A DNA stretch of 64,000 nt from contig CAJINV010000014.1 in the NCBI GenBank assembly GCA_905178155.1, forward strand, positions 1,026,116-1,090,115, written 5' to 3'. Positions 36,635 through 47,591 of the stretch are shown one piece after another. The notes beneath the pieces are model-generated. The model ran no database searches. It was given only the letters and a program-made list of their open reading frames with translations, and was not told the origin of the DNA. This DNA comes from Amoebophrya sp. A120. Lineage: Eukaryota; Protista; Dinoflagellata. Position numbers and translations under genes: made by a program. The first letter of the stretch is position 1; every line of letters starts with the position of its first letter.

Positions 36635-39508
36635 ATGGCGTGCGCAGGAGCGTTGCCAAGACGCAGGAGCAGTGCGCTCCTTGCAGCCTCCACCGTCGGC
36701 GTCGAGCGGCTCTCGGTTTTATTCTCTGCGGAATTTCTCTTCCCGGGTGAAGAACTAGGTCGTGGTGTAATGATTCTTCCGGCCGCCGGGGTGGACGTGG
36801 ACCGTCGCTTCCTAACGCGTCAGGAAGACAAGAATTACCGCCTCCGCGGGAACACGAACGAGCAGGGAAACAGCAAGAATTATGCAGCTGGGTCAGCAGC
36901 ACTTCTGCAAGTGGAAGCGGCCGAGGGGAGGAACCTGCTTCCACTTGTTTTTAGAAAGCGCAGCGGCGCCGGCTTTCTGGAACAGCAAAGTACGAGGATG
37001 AAGGACAGTGACACGGCATCCACATCAGGCCGGGGAAGAGGTGGTGGGCGAAACGGCGGTAACGGCAGCGGGGGCAATTGGCGTGAGATTAAAGACGCGA
37101 ACGGCGGTGCGGGGAAGAATTCTGGGAGCAAAGGAGAAGGCGGAAGCAAAGGCGGAGGCCGAGATAACGGAGCTGCAGGGGAGGGCGCCGGACAGGGCGG
37201 ACCAATCGGACAGCAGGGCCAGGAGGCACAGCACCAGCAGGGCACAGCCCAGAGTCATTCTGCAACCGTGGTCTCGCATGCAGATGCAACCGAAGCGACC
37301 GCCGCGGGGGGAGTCGAAAAAACACAAGAAGCGCAAGCTGAAGAAGTTCTTATCAAGCAGACTTCCGGTGAAGTCGGCCACCACGGGGGTCACCAGACCG
37401 GCGCAGGCCAGGCGGGGCACGGCGGAGAAATCGTGGCGCACCAGGAACGCCAGATTGTTGGCGACCCAAAGAAAACCTCCTCTTCTCCACCAGCGGAGCC
37501 CGCGCCGCCACTCGACGACCCGGAGGACATCGAGTGCGCGCGCAAAGCCGGGTCGGAACAGGAGTGCGAGGGCGCGGACCCGGCGGCGCAGCGGTGCTTT
37601 TTCCGCCCGGCGTTCTCGGACCCCACGGGGCGCACGGACGAAAACGGGGCCCCCTACGTGTACCCCGCGGAGTGTGTGGGAGGGAAAAACGGGTGCGACG
37701 CGGTCAGCGACCAGCTTTCCTGCGACCAGTTGCCCGTGTGCGCCTGGGTGGACTCCACGGACGAAGTGTTGCTCGGCGCGCGGGTGGCGGGGTTTGCATT
37801 TTTGCAGCCTCACATGTTGGGCGAACTCACCCCGCAAACGTCGCCCTTCCAGGCGCTGGACACCAGCGGGGGGTTGCTGAAGGAAAGACTCCCCGACGAC
37901 CGGGAGAGCCGACCGCACGCCGAGCAGTGGTGCACGGCGGTGAAGCACCTTGGCACCTGCGCAATGTTTTCAGCGAACGCGGAGCAGTGTGTGCGGCACG
38001 GGTGTCCCGGCGTTCCCATGTACCGGCTCGACGCCCCGGCCTCCTCCTGCACCGGCACGCTGGGCGATAACCTCGTTGCTGGCGCGCCGCCCAGCCTCGG
38101 GCCCTGCTGCTTCCGCTTTGCGTTCGGCACCGGAGTGGAGCAAGGAGGTTCGGCGCCGGCGTTGAAGATCGTGAGTTGCAGTGCCGGAGAAGACCCGGAG
38201 GCCCCCGACGGAGAGTTTGGTCCGGTGCATGAGGCGGACATCTGCCCGCGTGATGTGGCCGAGGCGCAGGAGTGGGTTGTGTCTGGTGCTGAGGGAGGTG
38301 AAAGTAGTTCGAACGCGGCGGCGACCACTTCGGGGGGCCAGACGAGCGGAACTTCTGGTACTAATGGCCCCGCTTCGTCTTTATCCACCGGGATGAGCAA
38401 TAGCAACGGGGGAATTTTGTTCAGCAGTGGACAACAAGTGACCAACGAATGCGAGGGGAAAACAAGCTCGCGGGAGGACTGCGAGGCCGTGGTGGACAGC
38501 ACCGGCGGGGCATTGTGCTGGTTTCAGGCGGAAGTGACTTCTTCGCCGGACGGCGGTCCAGCCCAGCCGGCCGCCTGCAATGCCTGGAGCGACCCCGCCC
38601 TCGCGAAGAAGGGCTGTCGGCAGCAGGGGTTTGCTACTGCCGACTCCTGCGACGCGTCTCCGCACTGCGTCTGGGTGGACACCGCGGACGCGGAGAAGCT
38701 AAACGTGCAGCTGGGACACGAGTTGCTTGCGGCCCAGGAACTCGGACAGGAGGGAGTCGCACTGAAAGAGGCCCTGGATGCACAGGCCAACGGCCTACTG
38801 ACCGAATCCGCCTACTGTGTCGCGAAGGCCATGCTGCGAACCTGCGACCTATTTGCCTACAACTCGGCGCAGTGCGTGCAGCACGGGTGCGCGGAGTATC
38901 CGATTCAGGCACTAGACGCGCCGACTGCAGCCTTTGCGACTTGCAAGGGCGAGCTGGGCGCGTTCTACAAAATTCCCTTTGGCAGGGTCGTGACGCTTGA
39001 CACGCCGTGCGCGGACCGGCTGCCGACTGTGGAATCCTGCGAACTGGCGGAGGAGGGAGAGCAGAGCAAGTGCTGGTTGGCGCCAGCGGGAGGGGATGCG
39101 AACTCGCCCTGGGCGGTGTGTCACGAGTGGTCCGAGGACACGGAGCGGGCGGGGTGCGCGGCAAAGACCGGGGTCTGCGACGCGCTGAGCTCTTGCACGA
39201 TGCAAGACTTCTCCGCGGCCGCCGTGTTCGACAAGGAAATTTTGACGGATCTAGGCAAGGCGTTGCTGACGGAGCTCGAAAGCGTCTGCCTGAACCAGCT
39301 GGAAGCCGATGGGTTGGCGGTCGCGAAAGCTTGCGTTCCCGCCTCGAAGCTGGAGACCTGCGAATCGTTTTCGGGGAACGCAATGGCGTGTGTGCGAAAG
39401 GGATGCGAAAAATTTCCCACCAAAGAAGATCCGACCTGCACGGGCACGTGGGGAGCGAACCTATATCGGACGGAAATCAGTCGTTTGGCTTCATCCACTT
39501 GTTTTTGA
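36635..39508 (+). CDS. Intronless 957-aa putative secreted Cys-rich repeat protein
   Basis: Long ORF with a hydrophobic N-terminal segment, a Gly-rich linker and three related modules ending TCxxFsxNaxxCVxxGC. Confidence 0.85.
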   Translation: MACAGALPRRRSSALLAASTVGVERLSVLFSAEFLFPGEELGRGVMILPAAGVDVDRRFLTRQEDKNYRLRGNTNEQGNSKNYAAGSAALLQVEAAEGRNLLPLVFRKRSGAGFLEQQSTRMKDSDTASTSGRGRGGGRNGGNGSGGNWREIKDANGGAGKNSGSKGEGGSKGGGRDNGAAGEGAGQGGPIGQQGQEAQHQQGTAQSHSATVVSHADATEATAAGGVEKTQEAQAEEVLIKQTSGEVGHHGGHQTGAGQAGHGGEIVAHQERQIVGDPKKTSSSPPAEPAPPLDDPEDIECARKAGSEQECEGADPAAQRCFFRPAFSDPTGRTDENGAPYVYPAECVGGKNGCDAVSDQLSCDQLPVCAWVDSTDEVLLGARVAGFAFLQPHMLGELTPQTSPFQALDTSGGLLKERLPDDRESRPHAEQWCTAVKHLGTCAMFSANAEQCVRHGCPGVPMYRLDAPASSCTGTLGDNLVAGAPPSLGPCCFRFAFGTGVEQGGSAPALKIVSCSAGEDPEAPDGEFGPVHEADICPRDVAEAQEWVVSGAEGGESSSNAAATTSGGQTSGTSGTNGPASSLSTGMSNSNGGILFSSGQQVTNECEGKTSSREDCEAVVDSTGGALCWFQAEVTSSPDGGPAQPAACNAWSDPALAKKGCRQQGFATADSCDASPHCVWVDTADAEKLNVQLGHELLAAQELGQEGVALKEALDAQANGLLTESAYCVAKAMLRTCDLFAYNSAQCVQHGCAEYPIQALDAPTAAFATCKGELGAFYKIPFGRVVTLDTPCADRLPTVESCELAEEGEQSKCWLAPAGGDANSPWAVCHEWSEDTERAGCAAKTGVCDALSSCTMQDFSAAAVFDKEILTDLGKALLTELESVCLNQLEADGLAVAKACVPASKLETCESFSGNAMACVRKGCEKFPTKEDPTCTGTWGANLYRTEISRLASSTCF

Positions 39509-40052
39509 ATTTGCGAAGAAGTGTTGACATTGGAAATACAAATACTTGTGATTACAGAATCAATGCCTATGTTGCCTCCAATGCCACAGCGTGCAAGCAC
39601 ACATATCAATAGATGACTGGCATGCTGGCTGAAGAGCCGTGTAAGGTATAGAATGAATGGCTCTTCTTGTAGTATTGAGACATGAAAAGGCTTCACCTGT
39701 TTGAAGCCTGTTGATGTACGTGTATCTTGCATGTTACTCTAGTGGGTTTGTGGTGATGAAAGTCAAGGATGTTCGTTTCGATAATCGCGTTGCCAGTGGC
39801 GCACCTGGGGACGACAGGGGGACAACCACAAACACAACGAATGCGACGACGGACGGTTCATTGTGCTGCTAGGATCGATGTGCCCAACTTATTCTGTGTT
39901 ATCGTTGACTTTGAAGACATGCTAGAGCTAGTGCGTTTCAATTTCTGTACTACAAAGAGAAAAAGTGTACTACGAGTAGAAATTTCATTGCCCCTCCTTG
40001 TACTCTGAATATGAAGATGCACAGGGTAAGTGGTAGTTAGATTCCCTCCTTT

Positions 40053-41932
40053 TAATCGCTTTCCGAGATGTTGAAGTTATTCGTACCTCCACCCCGCAGA
40101 GGACAAGAGTCTACTCTTCTTTCTCAACCCTCTGTCTATCACCCTCCTCGACTACGAAGAGACTTGCTGGCATGCAACAGATTCTAACGGACAAAGTCGT
40201 CTTCTTTTCTTTTTCCCCCAGCCCCAATCCCCTCTCCAGAATAGTACAATGTCTCAGATCCGCTGAAGCATGCGATTGCTCTTCGATTTCGGCCAGCAGC
40301 GCAAGGCTCGCGAAAAAGCCGTTCTACTTGCGGTTTTTTTCTCCTCTGCAGTGGCCATGAGTACTACATGCACAGCAACGAGGCACATGCAAATTTGTCG
40401 TTCCGTCACTTTTGTGGTGCCATCGTTCAAAACAATCGTCCTGAGTCGTGCCACCCTCGTTTTCGTGCAAGCCCGATGTTCATAAATATGTCCGAAGAAG
40501 TAGAAGGCTTCTATGGTTCGCGTGCTGCCTTTCCACGTCTCGGCTGGCCGTTTTCGGCCATAGCGTTTTTTTTCGTTATTTGTTGGTAGGAAATTGAATC
40601 GGAATCCAATCGGATGTAAAGCTGCTCAAGTAGCACCAGGAAGAGTAGCACCCCTCTAGCTCTACTCGTTCTACCCGAAATATTTACACGCGAGCCGGCT
40701 TCGTCTCCTTAATGGAGAAAGAAAAGCACGATTCAACATCTTTACAAAGGCATAATTTTCTTGATTGACGCATTGGCGAAGTTGTTCCATTCATTCAGAC
40801 CGCCAGCAGTTGCAGTTTTCATTTCAGATTCGCTTGTTCTTCCCGGACGCGGCGGCCATGATGACGCTGCGGCGCACACCAGTACGGAGATGTTATATCG
40901 CGAGTGCTTGTCGCGCGTTCTTCTGCGTCGACCCCCTCTGGTGCAGTCTATGGAACGATTCTGTCCTTCCTGCCGTCCGCGGCCACATGATGTACTTGAG
41001 AAGACTTCCTAACGGCGTCCAGCTGTATGACCTGCAGCGAGGTGGGGCCGACGTGGATGCGTCGGGCCAGCCGTGGTACCCGCGCAGGGGCTTGGGGCAT
41101 GTAGACGGCGAAGGGGGGAAATTAGATGCTGCAAGACGCGGTAGCGGTTTTGGAGAAGATTTCAAGGCACAGAGTAACAAGTACACCAGTAGCACGAGGA
41201 AAAATCTTCATCCTTCCGCCTCATATCAGAATAAATTGGAGTTGTATAGTAGGGACCTACTAGCATGACGTGTGTAGTACATATTGCACAAGAATAAATC
41301 ATTCTGATTATAATCCTGCCGGCAGATAATTCTGATTGAGCACTATGGGGATGGCGGTGGTTCTTTTTGCCTAGGATAACGAAGGAGTTTTGCGAACTCG
41401 ACTCGGACGGCGACGGCATGACCAATGGCCTCGAGCTCGGCGACCCGTGTTGTGAATGGGATCTTGCGACGTACGGGGATGCAACGGATTTATGGCCCGG
41501 CGGCCGGACCGATCTGTCGACCTTGACGCAGCCCGGCTTGGCGGACGAGAAAAGTGTCGTGGACGCGCAAAACGCACTGTACGGCAAGGCGGTGGTGTGC
41601 ACCACGGAGACGGACCAGGGTCTCGGAGCGGCAGCCGCGGAGGGCACGGAGAGCACGCAAGAGCAGGGCGGCGGTGCGGATAGTGGAGATTGGGCGGACA
41701 CGGGTACTAGTGGCGGAAACGAGGAGCAGGGCAGCAGCGACACCAAGGGAGGGGCCGGGGGCGCAGGCGACACAAAATCAAACTCCAGCTCGAAGAACGA
41801 AGGCGGCGGCGGTTTCTTGTGCTGCTAAAGAAGTAGCAGACGAATCATCATAGCATTTGACTACATGATAAAAACCATGCTGCTCTCCTGACACGTGCAT
41901 GTCCAAATACTTTTTTTCTCGAAACATAATTT
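40053..41932 (+). repeat. ~1.9-kb block duplicated almost identically at 57362-59244
   Basis: Same sequence at offset 17309 with few substitutions. Confidence 0.95.
40858..41828 (+). CDS. Temptin-like protein (~258 aa); exons 40858-41180, 41375-41828 (GT-AG intron)
   Basis: LPNG...GLGH...FGEDFKA...CELDSDGDGMTNGLELGDPCCEW matches the temptin signature. GTACAC...CTAG intron keeps the frame. Confidence 0.8.
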
Positions 41933-42798
41933 ATTCAGTTGAAAATTGACCTTCTTGTAACTGGTGGTGTATGTCGCAGCACAGGCCGCCCGATCTCGAT
42001 GTACTTGGCGTTCGGCGAAAAATGTTTCGTACATACTTACTACTCGTTTTGGATATATTTTTCGGTGGCGTTTCACAACCTCGGGGTCGGTTCTCTTCAC
42101 CTCACCAGACGCTCTGTGCGTGTCTTACTGAGTAAGTTTAGCTGTAGCTACCTCATCTGGCTTTTCACCGTCGGTGTCGTGCTGAAACGTCAACAAATTG
42201 ATGACGCTGTTGCTGTATTCTAGTTTTGTAGGTTAGTAGCTCATGACTTTCATCGTGCTTCCGTAGGTAGCCGTCGTCCGCGTTTCGTTCGTCTTATTGA
42301 CACAGAGCAATCGATTTCCCGGTCGGTTCTGACGCCGGATTATCCGTCTTCTTCGTTCGGTGGTGTGCTGCGTGGTTCACGTAAAAGTGCATTTTCTACG
42401 TGCGTTCGAAAATTTTGCTCTGGTACTCCGCTGCACAACATATTTTTATCTTTCCACGTTGCCCACAGGTGTAGCTGTTTGGTGACTTCTGTGTTGTACT
42501 CACCTACATGTGGGTCCTCTCCTCGCAGCCCATCCCGATATGATATATCACTTTTTGTTTCATCCTAATGAAGAGAAACTTCTAACCGCTTCTACCATTT
42601 CCCCACCCTGAGTCTCACTGATACGAAAAACTGCCAGTTGTTGCAACGTCGTCTTATACATGGCGATCCAATATTAGCCGGGTCGCATACACGGCGGCAG
42701 TGGCAGGTACCAGAAGCCTTCTAATATACAGCAAGAACAACTTTTCATTTATCGATAAACTTTGATTGTTCAGTCGTGCGGCAATCGAAAACCGAGAA

Positions 42799-44798
42799 AT
42801 GTCGTCCTCTTTGAGCAGTCTGCTGGGGGCCAGTTCTTCCACCAAAAAGGGTCAGCAGAAGAAAACCGAGTTGGTACCGAAAAAGTTGCGGAAACAGACG
42901 CGCTTCGAGACGAAGCACGAGTTTGAGCACTCGCTGCTGCTGCAAACCTACCAGTCCAAGATTCGGTTCTGGCGCCACGTGCTGGACCCGGACAGCCAGG
43001 GCCGCATCACCCAGCTCGAGTTCCTCCACAAACTGCGCAACCGGTGCAGCACCAAGCTGGACCTGAACCTGCTCCGCCTCTGGGAAGCGCTCCTCGTCGG
43101 GCCTAGCAAGATGATATCAAAAGTAAAAATGTCTGGGTCTGGAAACTTGTGATGCTGGGTGGCGTCTCATGATGAGGCTACGAATACTGGCTCAGCATGA
43201 CAAGTTTCTGAGCTCCTAGGTGTTGCCTATTCTGCATGACAAACTGCGGCTCTGCATCACAGAAAAACGGAGCTCTTGGGTAACGTGCATGACAGATTTA
43301 AGAGTCATGCCAGACAAGCATGACAAACATGAATTCTTCCAGACCCAGACATTTTTACAGTTGATAGATGAGCCGGGACGACGATACGGACGAGGAAAGT
43401 GTTCCTGCCTCCACGGCGGACCAGAAAATCGACCACTTTGGGGACCAGTTTATGTATCTCCAGCATTTCGCGCCGGAGGGCACACTGCTGCTGAAGAACT
43501 TCCTGCTCGCCCTGCAGATCCACTTTCACGGGCTGAACCAGCAGCAACTGCTAGAGGCCGTGTGGAAGGCGCTGACCGCCGACAAGGAGCGGGAGCAGAT
43601 CGACCGCATGTTCACGCCGGTCAACGAGATCGCGCTGGGGAAGCTGCTCGCGAGTTTGCGGTCGCTGGAGGAACGGAAGCTCGCCATCGACCAGCGGCTC
43701 CGGCGCCGGCTGTTTCTGGACCTCACCCGGGTCTCCTCGTTGAACAAAAATCACGAATTTACGTCGAATTCTCGCCAGTCCCTGATGTTCGAGGACCTGC
43801 GTTGGCTGATCTTCGACTTCCCCAAGGGCACGATCATGGAGCGCAGGGCCGATATCAACACGACCACCGGTACAACTGTGTTTGCGGACCATGCTATGAG
43901 CGGCGCAGGAGGACCACGAGCAGGAGGCACAGGTACTAGCAGAGGTAGTACAACAAGTTTTAATCCTAGGTCTAGGACCAGCATCTCGCCCCCTACTTCG
44001 CTCTCGCTGCACCACGTCGCTGCCGCCGCAGAGGTCCTTTTGGAGAAGTCGCCGCAACAGAGGCTGAAAAAGGAGATTTACCAGCGGCGGGAGGGCGTGC
44101 TCGAGAAGGAGTCGCTGAAGTTGCACGCGAACCCCAGCGCCTACCAGGAGTACCGGGACGTGCGCAAGATCCAGAACGAAATCTCGCGTATGACGCGGGG
44201 GAACCGCATCCTCGAGGCGTCTTCAAGCATTCCGGGAGAGGCGGACGGGTTGCCCCTCGGAGCCACGACCGGGAGCCCGGCTGTTCGGGAGCTCGGCAAC
44301 GAGCAGCGCCTCATCAAGCTCAAGTACCTTCGGCACCACCTGCCCATCCTGGAGAAGCTGGTCACAGAGGTGCGCGACATCCAGCAAATTTTGTTCCACC
44401 ATCGGACTGGGCGGATCCCCCGCGAACTGCACCTGCTGGAACACACGTATCCACGGCAAATGGGTTTGGGTCTGGAAGATTGGTTTTTCATGCAATTTTC
44501 CCAAGCTCTACAGTGCAAAGAGTCTGCAATGCACCGCTTAGCATCACATGTTCTGCAGCCGCTTGGCAATGCCTAAGGTTCTGCATGAGAGCAATTCAGC
44601 ATGCCCAGAAATAGGCATCTTTTGCAAGTCAAGCGAGACAGATATTTGCGTGACCCTGACCCGGAACACTCGTTACAAATTCACTCTCTTATTTCAGACC
44701 CAGACATATTTGCAGTCGATAGCACGTACCTTAAAGCGATTCTGGATTTGGAGAAGGAAATCGAGGGCGAGATTAAGTGTCTACAGGTGGTGGACTGA
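42799..44798 (+). CDS. Hypothetical 487-aa protein with N-terminal degenerate EF-hand; exons 42799-43114, 43372-44447, 44727-44798
   Basis: Two introner removals give a 1464-nt ORF. FWRHVLDPDSQGRITQLEF is EF-hand-like. Confidence 0.8.
43115..43366. mobile_element. Introner, family A1 (252 bp), TSD GATGA
   Basis: 9 substitutions versus 3771-4022 by my count; removal gives SKMSRDDD. Confidence 0.94.
44448..44721. mobile_element. Introner, diverged family A (274 bp), TSD ACACG/GCACG
   Basis: TATCCACGGCAAATGGGTTTGGGTCTG / CAGACCCAGACATATTTGCAGTCGATA; removal gives EHT|YLKAIL; GT(44447)-AG(44722) also possible. Confidence 0.88.
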
Positions 44799-45764
44799 GA
44801 AGTTCCTGCTTCAGCTTGTGCGGTGTCATTTTTTTGATTTATTCATTCCACAGACATAGTGGTCATGGTCATGGACCTAGACGTAGACCCGGCACTTCTG
44901 GTTCTGCTAGGGAAATAAAGCCCTTTTTTGAGCACGGTATTGTGGTTTAATGCTTTCAATGTGAGAAACTACCCTGTAGTGATCTCCCTGTACTAGAAGG
45001 TGCGCTCTTGCAAAAGAAACTTTTCAAAAAGCAGTTTTTTAGTCCGTCGCAGTTGAGGAGGTGTCTATTCCCATTCCCTCCACTAGTTTCAGAATAATTC
45101 AAAAAGAAAAGTTTTTGATCAAGCAGATGACAATCCTTCTTTCAAGGATCTTTTGTCTACTTCCACGCAAAATCGTCGACGAGGCATAGATACCAACGCC
45201 GCTATCGTGGATTGTATTCTTCGCGCCTGCACGGTCAATGGTGTCGTTGTGCTTGATGCTCGGTGTAGTGTTGCTATTGTGAGTTGTTTTTGATTTTGGC
45301 GGCTTTTTGTCGTATTTCGTGATCGTGTCGTTCCTCAACGTCGTAGTTGTCGTCGGTGTCGTCCAGCATGACAAATGACTCTTCGTCCACCTCCTAGATG
45401 CGCAGCCGCTCCCACTGTATCACAAGATTAACGTTGGCAATACTATGATATATCATTTTTTTTCTCGTTCGTGCGTGCACCGCATAGAACGTGGCGACGT
45501 TATTTTCTGTGTCAGGTCTCCTACAGGTGGCACTTTCAGGATGGATTTCTTCATCGGTATCGTGCATTCTTCTGCTGCGTGTACTTATTCTCTGGAAAAT
45601 TTAAATGAAAATTCAGGTTTCAGGTTGAGGCTGATCACCTGCTCCCCTTACCCTTCTTTTCACATTCGTAAAGTTCAATACTTTACTTTGCTAATTCACT
45701 TGCGTATTGTAAAATTTGATTTGAATTTGTAGAAGCGATTCATTATTTCACGAAAGAGAGAAGC

Positions 45765-47591
45765 ATGGCGCTAAACTCTTCGGTCGCAAGCAAAAAAGCC
45801 CCGCATGCCGTTTTTCGGCTGGACCCGCGCGGCTGCAGCCTGCTCGCATTCACGATGAGCCAAGGCGTTTTGCTGTTTCCAGCGGACGCGTTTAAGCTTC
45901 TGAATTTGCAGGGTGGCAAAGATAAAGTCAAACGTACGAGCGTTCGCGTAAAGACGACTGCAGGTACGACACACAGTGCAGAGCGCACGGGGTACGGCGT
46001 CGCGGCACTCCAGGAGGAAGAGGGCGATGACGTGTGCGCTTCGAACAGCGACAAGTGGCTGCCCCTGTGCGGAGGCAATGATTCGGACTGCGGGAAATTC
46101 TTCAGCATCGTGGGGGGAGCGGACTCGGGGGGCGAGGACGGAAACAAATGCTGGGTGGAGATGCCGGAAGTGTGGTATGCCCATTCTGGTCAGTTCATTC
46201 CGCTGCAGGACATTGAAGATGGGCAGAAAACTCCCCGAGAGTGTGCGGCGAAGTGTGCTGCCGATGCAGACTGCGTTGGGTATATGCAGTGGGGGGACCC
46301 GGTGGCTGAGGGGGAGGACATCGAAACCGCCGTCGCCGACTGTGGGCTGTACCGGAAATCTGATAAACTTACAACTTCGGAGGCTTGGCTTCACGAAACG
46401 GCAAACGCGATCACGCTGCAAGAATGGACTCGCGCTAATTACGGGTGGAGAAGAGGGATCTACCGCTTTTGCGGAGTCTGTCCGGCGCGTGATTCCCTGC
46501 AATGCCCAGCTGGGTATGATCCTGTGGAAAAGAAGCAGATGCAGGAATCTACAACAGAGCTGCGGAAATTGATGTATCGCAAAACTGACTTTCGAGTTGG
46601 TCCTTGGGAAGCAGTGGATTGCCCCGAGGGTGTCGATTCTTCAAAGGCTTCCTGCGGGCAAAGGGTAATCCAAGATCCGGCTGATCTGTCGGACTGCAGA
46701 GCTGCGTGTGACGGGATGAATTCGCCGACTGCTTGTGGGGGCTTCAGCGGGAAACAGGACGGCGACAAAATCGTCTGTAAGCTGTACTCTGAATATCAGC
46801 TGAGTGACAGGGTAGCCGAGACCTCGGCAGAGGACAACGACTTCGTCTTGTGCTCTCGACCAACGACGACTACTCCGCCTCCGCTGTCGTGCCCAACGAC
46901 CGGCACCGATGCCAACTCTACGGCTGTCGCGTTCGAGCTCGTGAACGGGAAAAAGGTCCATTCCGCGGGGGCCTACAAAACTACGGATCTTGGTGGCGAC
47001 GCGGCCGACCTCGGTTTGTGCGCCGATGAGTGCGCGCAGGACGAGGCGTGCGCCGCGTTCTCGGGGCACCGAGACGCAGCCACGGGAGCGGTACAGTGCA
47101 GTCTGCACACGCAAGAAACTGTTGATGACGCGGACCTTGTGACTGACATGCCAGCAGGGATGGACAATGTGTTTTGCCGACGAAGCGTACCTCAACTATC
47201 AGAGGCTCCTACCACCTGTCCCGAGCAGGAAATCCAGGTGGGCACCAGCACGGCCACTTTCGAAGCGAGTACGGAGGCAAAGACGATCAGCGCGAAAATG
47301 GCCTCCAGTCCGACCGACCAACAGACGGTGTCGCAGTGCGCGGACTTGTGCGCGCAGTCGCAGGAGCAGTGTGTCGCCTTCTCTTATGCGACGAGCGAGC
47401 AGGAGTGCAACTTGCACAGCCAAGAAAACGTGGACGGCGCGGTCGCGGAAGCGGATCCGACGAAGATCTTGTGCAAATTGAAAGTTGCCACGAGCTCGGG
47501 GGATGGGAATTCGGGGGATGGGACTTCGGGGGGTGGGACTGCAACTGGGACAGGAGACAACGTCCGTCATACGATTCAGAAAAAATGCTAG
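45765..47591 (+). CDS. Secreted multi-PAN/Apple-domain protein (608 aa; may continue after a degenerate intron)
   Basis: Repeated CxxxC...CxaF...CxL motifs (ECAAKCAADADCVGY, CADECAQDEACAAFS, CADLCAQSQEQCVAFSY); signal-like N-terminus. Confidence 0.85.
   Translation: MALNSSVASKKAPHAVFRLDPRGCSLLAFTMSQGVLLFPADAFKLLNLQGGKDKVKRTSVRVKTTAGTTHSAERTGYGVAALQEEEGDDVCASNSDKWLPLCGGNDSDCGKFFSIVGGADSGGEDGNKCWVEMPEVWYAHSGQFIPLQDIEDGQKTPRECAAKCAADADCVGYMQWGDPVAEGEDIETAVADCGLYRKSDKLTTSEAWLHETANAITLQEWTRANYGWRRGIYRFCGVCPARDSLQCPAGYDPVEKKQMQESTTELRKLMYRKTDFRVGPWEAVDCPEGVDSSKASCGQRVIQDPADLSDCRAACDGMNSPTACGGFSGKQDGDKIVCKLYSEYQLSDRVAETSAEDNDFVLCSRPTTTTPPPLSCPTTGTDANSTAVAFELVNGKKVHSAGAYKTTDLGGDAADLGLCADECAQDEACAAFSGHRDAATGAVQCSLHTQETVDDADLVTDMPAGMDNVFCRRSVPQLSEAPTTCPEQEIQVGTSTATFEASTEAKTISAKMASSPTDQQTVSQCADLCAQSQEQCVAFSYATSEQECNLHSQENVDGAVAEADPTKILCKLKVATSSGDGNSGDGTSGGGTATGTGDNVRHTIQKKC

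Noticed and set aside
2364-39383. Long minus-strand and alternate-frame ORFs (e.g. 7862-9196, 24786-25817, 27855-28895, 37025-37948)
   Set aside because: They are shadows of GC3-rich plus-strand exons and have no recognisable motifs.
3771-44721. Recurring peptides KMSGSG, FQTQTF, LPDPDIFA and GKIPPPHIEK as a protein motif family
   Set aside because: They are translations of introner TIRs read through from exons.
3771-44721. Tc1/mariner elements with a TA target duplication
   Set aside because: A variable 5-bp duplication lies outside the TA, and the paralog empty sites contain no retained TA; the TA belongs to the TIR.
3771-44721. Universal GT donor formed by the last TSD base
   Set aside because: Only 8 of 21 left TSDs end in G.
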